Assembly: GCF_006345805.1 (NCBI RefSeq)
Contig: NC_043000.1
Span: 14,384,001 to 14,448,000 of the forward strand
DNA: 64,000 nucleotides
Source: Octopus sinensis
Taxonomy: Eukaryota
Direction of reading: 5' to 3'
Shown here one piece after another: positions 54,153 to 64,000 of the stretch; within the stretch, counting starts at the first letter, position 1, and each line of letters begins with the position of its first letter. A model generated the notes under the pieces. The model was not told the origin of the DNA. It saw nothing but the letters and a program-made list of their open reading frames with translations, and searched no databases. The translations under genes and the position numbers were made by a program.

Positions 54153-54691
54153 GAGTGAGAGAGCAGTGCATGCCATCAAAGTGACACTGGGGTAAAATAT
54201 ACGAAGCCCAATATACCCATCATGACTACCCGTCTGATAAAGGTACACCAGGCACATGCATCACAACCATATGTGCGCGACATGGTGATCTCATATCAAG
54301 ATAAACAGCACATGACCTTGCAGGTGGGGCCCAGTTAGAATTTTCTTCAGGTTGAGTAGCCCATCCTGCTCAAAAGGTCCCTGAATAAGGATTGTTTAAG
54401 GATGTTGAAAGAACCACCCATGTTTCCAGAGGTGAATTATTCAAACCCCAAAGAATCCGTCTCAACACATGGCTATGATGCTCCCCCACTACTTCTGCTC
54501 GTGATCAGAGATGCACATATCGTCAGCCACTAAGGGACATGCTCAACTGGTTAAGGTCAAACAACTGACAAGCAAATCTGTGGTATTGAGCAGAATATTT
54601 GCTGTAGCCCATCTTTTATACCAAGACAAAACAATATACATGATAACACTTCCAATCAGTTAAGATCAGAAGCCATGAGAGCCACTGCCTG

Positions 54692-54694
<3 letters not shown>
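54153..54694 (-). mobile_element. ~540-bp non-coding element flanked by (TTA)n on both sides
   Basis: (TTA)n at 54136-54152 and 54693-54733; no ORF; retroposon-like (AAT)n tail on minus strand. Confidence 0.6.
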
Positions 54695-54734
<40 letters not shown>

Positions 54735-54794
54735 CATCATCATCTTAATACTTACTCTTATTCGGAAGAGATCGTAATATTATCGTCTGCCAGA

Positions 54795-55000
54795 TTAAAG
54801 CGAATCATTAGCACGCTGGGCAAAATGCTTAGCGGCATTTCGCCCGTCTTTACGTTCTGAGTTCAAATTCCGCCAAGGTCGACTTTGCCTTTCATCTTTT
54901 CGGCATCGATAAAATAAGTATCAGTTGAGCATTGGGTCAATGTAATTGACTATCCCCCTCCCCCAAACTTGCTGGCTTTGTGCCAAAATTTGAAATCAAT
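54795..55000 (+). mobile_element. SINE-B, alternative tail
   Basis: B-box gagttcaaattcc and body. Confidence 0.85.
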
Positions 55001-55184
55001 AATATCGTCTGCCTTAATTTCCCTTTCACCATTACGTGGTCTATGAAATAAACTCCCTATGTTCAATTCAGTTTTCGTGTCTATCCTCACTATCTATGGT
55101 CATGAGTGTTGGCTAATGACCGAAATAATTAGGATCGCGAATACACGCGACAGACATGGGGTTACTCCGAAGAATCTCTGAAGT

Positions 55185-55345
55185 ATTGGGTTGTCCGGGA
55201 AGTTCGTGCCGATTTTTAAAGGCAAGAAAAAAAGGTCAATAAATACATTCTTAATCAACCAAATATGAACCATTTTGTTGCACCATGCGTCTCCATCTTT
55301 CCTTTAACTTGAAAATACCCTCTTCCCAGAATTGAGGTGGTTTCA
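55185..55345 (-). mobile_element. mariner 3' end fragment
   Basis: TIR ta^ttgggttgtccgg; minus translation FWEEGIFKLKERWRRMVQQNGSY. Confidence 0.75.
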
Positions 55346-55554
55346 TAGCAAAGAATTGAAGCTAACCCTGAATAGAGGGAGCATGTCATTAAAGAGGTCA
55401 CGATGGCGACAAAAGGACTTTGACAAAACAACCTGATTGGTTGATTGATTAATCAAACAGTTGATTAATTAGTTAAATAGTTAACCAATTGACGAATAAA
55501 TAATATGTAATAAAAGAAATGAAATAGATCCAGTACATGTGGTTATTATTGGCA

Positions 55555-55885
55555 CGTTAGTAAAGAAAAGGAGCGTGCTAATGGCTAGGGTATTGGGATC
55601 ACAACCGTATGGTCATGAGTTCGACTCCCAGTGGCACGTTGTGTCCCTGAGCAAGACACTTTATTTATCACTGATCCAGTCTTCTCAGCTGGCAAAAAGG
55701 AGTTGTACCTGTAATTCTAAGGGTCAGTCTTGTGACATTCTGTGTCACGCTGAATCTCCTTAACTATGTTGAGGGTGTCCTTTCTTTGGAGCGCTCAGCC
55801 ATTTGCACGTTAATTTCATAAGCAGGCTGTTCGGTCGATCGTATCTGTTGGAACACCTGTCGTCGTAACCGACGGAGTGCCAGGC
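55555..55885 (+). mobile_element. Older SINE-A-related copy with clear CORE-like block
   Basis: gttgtgtccctgagcaagacactt; same 3' end as SINE-A; 9-bp flanking repeat ttattggca. Confidence 0.8.
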
Positions 55886-55934
55886 TTATTGGCATATTAA
55901 TACCTTTCTGATATACAGTAGAGTTCACATTAGT

Positions 55935-56317
55935 GGAGGTGCAATGGCCCAGTGGTTAGGGCAGTGGACTCGCGGTCATAGGATCGCGGTTTCGATTCCC
56001 AGACCGGGCGTTGTGAGTGTTTATTGAGCGAAAACACCTAAAGCTCCACGATGGCTCCGGCAGGGGATGGTGGTGATCCCTGCTGTACTCTTTCACCACA
56101 ACTTTCTCTCACTCTTACTTCCTGTTTCTGTTGTACCTGTATTTCAAAGGGCCGGCCTTGTCACTCTCTGTGTCACGCTGAATATCCCCGAGAACTACGT
56201 TAAGGGTACACGTGTCTGTGGAGTGCTCAGCCACTTACACGCTAATTTCACGAGCAGGCTGTTCCGTTGATTCGGATCAACCGGAAACCTCGTCGTCGTA
56301 ACCGACGGAGTGCTTCC
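55935..56317 (+). mobile_element. SINE-A, full length
   Basis: 13-bp TSD agagttcacatta (55920-55932 / 56329-56341). Confidence 0.96.
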
Positions 56318-56749
56318 AAAAAAAATCCAGAGTTCACATTAAGAGTCTTTCAAGCAAAATACAAAAACGAAATATTTTGGAACTTAACTCTTAAAAATGC
56401 CATTAAAAATCTGTAATTCTTTTTATGTGACTGTAGAACCGCTCAAGTCATGAGTTACCTGCTATTTTATTCATTTTAGATTCCCCTTGCTATTTGTCTG
56501 ATGGTCGGAAACAAAACAATGAATAAGCAAGATTGTGTAAACAAAACAGGAAATATTTGATATACGCACGAAATAATAATCACCGCATATTTGTCCCTAA
56601 TTTAGGCTTTTAACGCTCCAAGTATTAAATATGTCGACATCTGATCTACTCAAAGATAGCGTCAATTGCTTTTAAAAATATTTCCTTTACAGGACGCTAT
56701 TAAATATTTGTAATAATAGCTGCAAATTCCCACTGATACTTTTAAACAT

Positions 56750-57110
56750 ATTTCTTTATTCACCTATAAAAAGGTTTACATAGAGGGGACGGTACAAGGA
56801 CAGACAAGGGACATGTAGGGTACAGACACGCTTCTTATATACAAGATGAAAAGACAGATGGATTTACGTATATTATACGGATGGGAGTTAAAAATAAAAG
56901 TGGTGAATGGATGGAAATTGGGTTCCGGGTTAGTGAATTAACCCGCCGGTTGGTTATCCCTTTTGGTAATCTTTTCCTTCCTTTTATGCCCCAACCGACC
57001 GTGCAAGCACAGCCTCGTGCATTCTCATCTTTCTTCTTACCACTGTCATCCATCTTTTTCCAAACGCTCTTTTGCGAGTTAAAGTGGCAGGTTGGTTTGT
57101 TGGCCAGCTA
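56750..57110 (-). mobile_element. LINE 3' end (Tx1/L1-like) with SINE-B-like tail
   Basis: Minus translation RKRAFGKRWMTVVR; ends …gtctgtccttgt…cccctctatgt…aataaagaaata. Confidence 0.55.
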
Positions 57111-57134
57111 GCAGAATCGCATCGCATTTCTTCC

Positions 57135-57640
57135 GACTTATATATGATATGTAATGAAATTATTGTATACAGTGCTCAGGTGCACCACAACTTGTCAAAA
57201 ATGCATATAAAGCATATGCAATAATGTACAAATGTCTGGAAAGCGAACAGTGTATCAGTCAGATACACGCTTGATTGTGTATGGAGGGGGAAAAATCAGG
57301 TGTAGTGTTGGCGAATTTCAGGAAGCATGGAAGTTTTGAAGGATGCAGTGCTCCGACAACCAAGAACTGATGCCAGCAGTTTGTTCCATGCTTCAGCAAC
57401 TCTTAGAGTGAAAAAATGTTTCCGAAAGTCATGGGAGCTGTGCTGTTTTCTGACTTTGTAAACATGTCCACGGGTGTTAGATGGGTGGAGTTTGAAAAGG
57501 TGCTCACAGTTATTGTTTGTACGATGGTTAATAATTTTATGGGTGTCTGCCAAGTCAGCTGCCAGACGTCGGAGTTTCAATGCGTCCATGCCCAGGGAAG
57601 TAAGGCGTTCAGAATATGGCAAATGCCTGATGGAGGCTTA
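57135..57640 (-). mobile_element. CR1-clade LINE 3' end
   Basis: ORF 57296-57622 PYSERL…LKLRRLAADL…TRGH.YK…FFTLRVAEAWNKL plus 3' UTR. Confidence 0.9.
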
Positions 57641-58432
57641 TTACATTCTGATTTCAAATCCCATCGAGAACGGCAGAGGTGTCATCACTGTACCAGCAGC
57701 TCGCTTCCCGTGCACTGAGATTGTATATTATTCATTTCTAGTCTCGAGGGCTTTGCAGCGACTCGTTGCCAAGTGATACTGTTTTTAGATGAGTTCTGTT
57801 TTCAGTTTTATGCCAATCTTTTGCAGTTGAGCAGCAGTTGCTCATCTACTCGTATATAAGTTTCCCTTCTACATATCATCGAACTTGTCCGTGTGAAAAA
57901 GAAAGACCGATATAGATTGGCAGAGATTTTTTGCCTTCAGAGAGCCAAAAGCCGGAACAGATATCTCAAGGTAGCCCATCCGATGTTCTTGAATTTGCGC
58001 CATTCCGCCTCCATAAGAAAGAGGAAGTGTGGCAAAAGTTATATAGACAGGATGAAGAGGTGAAAGTCTGTTGATAGGAAGTTATAGGTCTTAGTGAGAA
58101 AGTGAATAGTATGAGGAAAAACAACGATATGGTAAACAGACATTAAATCCCAACGCACACTTTGGTGAAAGTGGGGCTAAAAATGACAATGAATTCGAAT
58201 GATCAGGATTTTCATCTCTCCACAGCACACAAGTATAGTCGACCTGTGAGCTCTATTGACCTATGGCGTACCTAACAGGATAGCAAAGGAAGCGATCGCT
58301 CCCCACCCGCCCCACCGAGCACATTTTTCAAAATTGGCGCCTTTTCAATGACCTTTTGAAACTCTTTCGTTACCAATATCAGGAATTGTAAGTTTCATAC
58401 ATAATGACATTATTACTGAAATATAAAACTGA

Positions 58433-58744
58433 CTGGCTATTTTGACCCGTGCTTCGCTTGGGTTTTGGTGACGACGTTGTTTTGTACTTGTTGTCTCCTT
58501 TTCCCTTTTTTCTTTTGCTCGTCTTCTTTACCTTTCCCATATTCCTCATAATGACAACCAAACGGTAGCCCCGAGTGACTTGCAACCCTCCTCACACCAT
58601 TGCCCACCCTATTTTACCCCCCAGTGTAAATTTTGGCGCCAATTCGACCCCATCTACCGCCCATTAAACCGTTCCCATCCCAAAATGAGACAAATAACCA
58701 AGAAACCAAACAACTTTTTCGCATTTCAGCTTTAAAGATATTGA
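58433..58744 (-). mobile_element. Old Helitron-like element
   Basis: actgg…acccgtgcttcgcttgggt hairpin at the left; cagctttaaagatattga^t at the right. Confidence 0.5.
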
Positions 58745-58910
58745 TGAATGTAGAATACAGTTACGTATATTGGTTTCAAATTTTGGCACAAGGCCAACAA
58801 TTTCGGAGGGAAGGGTAGGCCAATTACATTGACCCCAGTGCGCATCTGGTACTTATTTTTAATCGCGTAAAACTAATGAAATATCTCCCGTGGTATCTTT
58901 TACTGTTAAC

Positions 58911-59142
58911 TTTTTATCATGTTTCAATCATTTGACTGAGACCATACTGGGGCACTTGCCTTGAAGGGCTTTAGTCGAACAAATCGACCCGAGGACTTAT
59001 GTTTTTTTAAGCCTAGCACTTATTCTATCGAGCTCTTTTGTTAAGCCTCTAAGTTTCTGGGACGTAAACACACCAGCATCGTCTGTCAAGCTGTGGTGGT
59101 GAACAAACACAGACGCAAAGACACACGCACGCACATACACAC

Positions 59143-59180
<38 letters not shown>

Positions 59181-59342
59181 GCACATGTATGAAGGGCCAC
59201 TTTCATTTTCCATCTACCAAATCCACTCACAAGGTTTTGGTCAGGCCGAGGTAATTGTAAAAGACACTTACCCAGGTGCCTCGCAGTGGGACTGAACTCG
59301 GACCTATGTGATTGGGAAGAGAGCTTCTTACCACACAGCCAC
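58911..59342 (-). mobile_element. SINE-C, full length, diverged
   Basis: Tail, (CA)n spacer, head. Confidence 0.88.
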
Positions 59343-59442
59343 GTTAAGAATTGTTTAGTATGTATCACGACGCCTTTCTTTTTTTATGTGCTCGCTCCCA
59401 CTAACTTTAGAACCTAGCTACGCCTCTGCTATTACCTGAATG

Positions 59443-59827
59443 GGAGGCGCAATGGCCCAGTGGTTAGGGCAGCGGACTCGTGGTCATAGGATCGCGGTTT
59501 CGATTCCCAGACCGGGCGTTGAGAGTGTTTATTGAGCGAAAACACCTAAGGCTCCACGAGGCTCCGGCAGGGGATGGTGGTGAACCCTGCTGTACTCTTT
59601 CACCACAACTTTCTCTCACTCTTACTTCCTGTTTCTGTTGTAACTGTATTTCAAAGGGCCAGCCTTGTCACTCTCTGTGTCACGCCGATTATCCCCGAGA
59701 ACTACGTTAAGGGTACACGTGTCTGTGGAGTGCTCAGCCACTTACACGTTAATTTCACGAGCAGGCTGTTCCGTTGATTCGGATCAACCGGAACCCTCGT
59801 CGTCGTAACCGACGGAGTGCTTCCAAC
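59443..59827 (+). mobile_element. SINE-A, full length
   Basis: 12-bp TSD attacctgaatg (59431-59442 / 59828-59839). Confidence 0.96.
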
Positions 59828-60059
59828 ATTACCTGAATGAATGTGGAAAATTTTTTTTAATTTCCGTTAAAAATATTTTAAAGTAAATATGAACCATAAT
59901 TTTTAGCCTCAAATTCATTTGAAATTATCAAATGATTTGATGCGATATTCTGATGTTTTTTTTTCAGAGGATTATCAATGGAAATGAAATGAAAAATGTA
60001 TCGATATTAATCTGCGGACTCGCTTTGTAATTACCTGCACAGCACTCAAATATTCTCTA

Positions 60060-60275
60060 AATATTCTTTTCTACTCTCGGCACAAGGACCCGAAATTTGG
60101 GGGGGATGTGGCCAGTCAATTAGATCGACTCCAGTACGCAACTGGTACTTAATTTATCGACCCCGAAAGGATGAGAGGCAAAGTCGACCTCGAGGGAATT
60201 CGAACTCAGAATGTAAAGACAGATGAAATGCTGGTAAACATTTCGTGTTAACGTTTCTGCCAGCTCGCTGCCTTA
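60060..60275 (-). mobile_element. SINE-B, alternative tail
   Basis: ggcacaagg…gggggg tail and body; similar pieces at 43925-44030, 50771-50895, 58770-58860. Confidence 0.85.
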
Positions 60276-60673
60276 ATATATTCCAAATAGTCCATCATCT
60301 TTTGACGAAGTTCAACGATTAATAGTCAACAACTATAATGCAAGGGAAATAACTCAAGAATAAAATACTCATCATTGTGTTATCTCCCTTGTAATTTTAC
60401 TTTCAGATCTGGATTAATTATACTTATCTTGTTAAAAGTCCGCTTTCCAACCATAAGGTCTTTGGTTCGAGGCTAGTGCCGTCACAAGACATGTGCAACA
60501 GGGCTGTTGCTCAGTATTTCACATAGAGGCGCAACGCTTATCTATGTTTACCGTGGTTGTGAACGTAATGGATTTCGTGTATTTTTTTTTGCGTGAGTTA
60601 CGATACTGTGGACGGTTCTGTGCGTGCGTGTGTATGTGTGTATGTGTGTGTGTATGTGTGTGTGCGTGCGCAC

Positions 60674-60718
<45 letters not shown>

Positions 60719-60807
60719 TGCATGCGGATATATAGACTCGCATACTCATATATACATGCATGCATACATACATATGCGCATATACACACACACATATACA
60801 CATACAC

Positions 60808-60865
<58 letters not shown>

Positions 60866-61244
60866 GGGGGAAGGGAGAAAAGAGACAGGCAAAACAGATA
60901 ACAGATAGACAGAAATCATTTTCTAGCTATTTTATCCGTAAAGCCGCCCGCTGAATAATACGATGTTTATATTCTTTAGTAGGGAATGTTAATTCCATGT
61001 TCTAGAATGTCAGTTTGTTTTATTGTTGATTCTGTTGTTATCCCAGTTCTTTTCTTGGTTTTTGCATCAAAGTTTTCAGTTCAAATTACGCCGAAGCAAA
61101 CTTCACTTTTCATTACTCTGTTAGTCAATAAAAATACCAATACCAGTAATATACTGGTGTTAAATCGATCCAATTTATTCCTCACCTACAATTATCGACT
61201 TTGTTCTAAAACAAAAGAAATCTATGACAGTGGTAGTCAGACGA

Positions 61245-61890
61245 AATACCTATTTCTTTACTGCCCACAAGGGGATAAACATAGAGGGGACGAACAAGGA
61301 CAGACAAAGGGATTAAGTTGATGACAACGACCCCAGTGCGTAACAGGTCCTTAATTTATCGACACCGAAAGGATGAAAGGCAAAGACGACCTCGGCCGAA
61401 TTTGAACTCAGAACGTACCGGCAGACGAAATGCCGCTAAGCATTTCGCCCGGTGTGTTAACGTTTCTGCCAGCTCGCCGCCTTGCAATATATTTCTTTAC
61501 TACCCACAAGGGGCTAAACACAGAGGGGACAAACAAGGTCAGACAAACGGATTAAGTCGATTTCATCGACCCAGTGCATAACTGGTACTAAAGGATGAAA
61601 GGCAAAGTTGACCTCTGCGGAATTTGAACTCAGAACGTAACGGCAAACGAAATACCTATTTCTTTATTACCCACAAGGGGCTAAACATAGAGGGGACAAA
61701 CAACGTCAGACAAACGGATTAAGTCGATTACATCGACCCCAGTGCATAACTGGTACTTAATTTATCGACCCCTAAAGGATGAAAGGCAAAGTCGACCTCG
61801 GCAGAATTTGAACTCAGAACGTAGTGGCAAACGAAATACCGCTAAGCATTTCGCCCGGCGCGCTAACGTTTCTGCCAGCTCCCCGCCTTA
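61245..61890 (-). mobile_element. SINE-B multimer (two headed elements in tandem, with repeated bodies)
   Basis: Heads end at ~61482 and ~61888; tail/body junction tatttc repeated. Confidence 0.9.
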
Positions 61891-62324
61891 GTCGGAGAAT
61901 ATATAAGTTGTGGTCTAACAGAGTTCACGACCAGGTTTCGATTCTTGGCTGCGTATTCCTACCTTCGTTTTTGATGTTCCTTACTTTGAATAATATGTGG
62001 TATTTCTGAGCGCTTGATACTTGTGCAAGAGTATTTTCTAAATGATTTAACCCTTTGTCGTCCCTGGGTATCACAAGAGATTCTCAGAACAGACAAATAT
62101 ACTGACCAGCTCAAAAACAATTCCAGCATTAAAAGAACAAAAGCGATGAATTAGCTACGAACTATTGGTTTGATGGCGAGGTTACACTTTCTTTCAAGAC
62201 ATATTACCCTGGTGTCTATGCATCATATGTGAAACACATTCCCAATTTTTTTCCGACCATTAGTGTGATTTGCAATTTATAAAAGAAATGCTTTATGTTA
62301 TTCAGAACGTATGAAACTTTAATT

Positions 62325-62635
62325 GGCGCTCCGTCGCTTTCGACGACGAGGGTTCCAGTTGATCCGGTCAACGGAACAGATTGCCCATGAAATTAACGTG
62401 CATGTGGCTGATTACTCCATAGCCACGTATACCCTTAACGTTGTTCTTAGGGAGACTCTGCGTGAAAAAGAGTGTGACAAAGCAGGCCCTTTGAAATACA
62501 GGCACTACTCAGTGGAGTGGACTGGAGCAATGTGAAATAAAGTGCTTTGCTCAAGGACACAACACATCGCCAGGAATTGAACTCATAACCTTATGGTCGC
62601 GAGTCGAATACTCTAACCACTAAGCCACGCGCCAC
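62325..62635 (-). mobile_element. Older SINE-A-related copy
   Basis: Same 3' end, CORE-like ttgctcaaggacacaac, tRNA-like head. Confidence 0.8.
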
Positions 62636-63524
62636 TTACGTATGAAACAAGGATTAACTAAAAGTCTGAAAAGAAGCATGGACGTTTACAACAAACTTAT
62701 AAAAATGCTTTGGACGGGCAAAGGGTTTATGATTGTATCTGTAGAGAAAATACAACCGTACGTAAGGAGTTGGTGACAGAAACTGACTGAGTCGCTCTGT
62801 GGTCAGAGGTTAGTCCTGAGAAGGACTGGAACCTAAAACGGTGTTGCTGGAACATGGTTGAGTAGCTCTATGGTCAGAGGTTAGCCCTGAGAAGGACTAG
62901 AACCAAAGACGAGATATCATGAATGCTGGGGCCTTTTTATAACCTGAGGTGGGCTCCAGTGAATACCCCAAAAAGACTGTGTCACGGGACCTTATCCGAA
63001 GGCCGTGATTGGTTGGCTTACACACTGGCGCGAAATAAGTCGAGACAAACTGCGCCAATGTCAACCAATCAGAGCAGTGGACACAACAGGGTCAAAATAG
63101 CCGAAGATGGTTGCTATCTAACACGAGATCATTTCTAATATATCTCTCAAACAGTGAGGATATCAGCTACGCTACATATCCATTTGAATTGCATAAGCAA
63201 GGCCTGTCGATATACTGACAAGCTCAGAAACAATGCCAGCATTAAAAGAACAAGAGCGTTGAATTAGCTACGAACTACTGGCTTGATGGCGAGGTTACTC
63301 TTTCCCTGATGATCTCTAATAAATGTAAACAATCTGAACAGAATTGTGTACAGAAATTGCTGAAAGACAATAAACTGTAGACCTTAACTAAGAGAAATGG
63401 AGATATAAAGTCCAGACCAGTGGTTCTCAACCATTTTTCACCTATGGACTATTTTGATTTTTATTTTTGCTCTTCATAGCCATTCAGTGTACACAAAAAA
63501 AATTCTGCTGTATTTTTATAATTA

Positions 63525-63815
63525 CGAGGGTGAGTCAAAAAGTAATACCTTTTTGTTTAGGACAGGTATAATTACCAACACAGGAACATGTATCATACAT
63601 CAAAATGAAGCTGGTCCTCTGTGGATCACACCCCTACTCCTCAACATAGTCACCATTTCTCTCAATAGCAATGTTGCACCTTCGAATGAAAGCATGTATC
63701 CCTGCCCCATAAAATTCTATTGACTGTACTTTGAGCCACTTCTTCAATACAGTTTTCACTTTCTCATCCCTGGAATAATGTTTGCCTCTCAAATCCTCTT
63801 TCATGGGGCCGAAAA
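63525..63815 (-). mobile_element. mariner 3' end fragment
   Basis: TIR ta^cgagggtgagtcaaaaagt; HLFGPMKEDLRGKHY…NGDYVEE. Confidence 0.88.
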
Positions 63816-63834
63816 GATGATAGTCCAATATATA

Positions 63835-64000
63835 TATATGTGTGTGTGTGTATGCGTTTGTGTGTCTGTGTTTGTCCCCCCACCCCACCAACATCGCTTG
63901 ACAGCCGATGGTGGTGTGTTTACGTCCCCGTAACTTAGCGGTTCGGCAAAAGAGACCGATAGAATAAATACTAGGCTTACAAAGAATAAGTCCTGGGGCC
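63835..64000 (+). mobile_element. SINE-C tail (cut by window edge)
   Basis: ccaacatcgcttgaca…gaataagtcctgggg. Confidence 0.9.

Noticed and set aside
62794-62904. CRISPR-like repeat-spacer-repeat
   Set aside because: Only two repeats, eukaryotic context, no cas genes

Overview
Eukaryotic, AT-rich, repeat-saturated DNA with no recognisable host protein-coding gene. The SINE set and microsatellite load fit an octopod cephalopod (Octopus-like), but that is recalled from repeat families and not verified. Contents: dozens of tRNA-derived SINE copies in three main families (here SINE-A, -B, -C); RTE, CR1, Tx1/L1-like and CRE-like LINE remnants; Tc1/mariner transposons (a near-intact DD34E Tc1 with long IR/DR ends, DD41D-like, maT-like and DD34D-like relics); a fragmented hAT transposase with nested insertions; non-autonomous Helitron-like elements; and very long microsatellites, which explain most ORF-track entries. 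The main unexpected signal is a set of at least five different type I hammerhead-ribozyme folds, each in a short non-coding element at or near (TA)n or related microsatellites. One has a fully canonical core inside a 481-bp terminally redundant unit; the others have non-canonical cores, including a compensatory U3-A8 pair. They point to retrozyme/Penelope-like ribozyme retroelements. All folds were read by eye and activity is untested.
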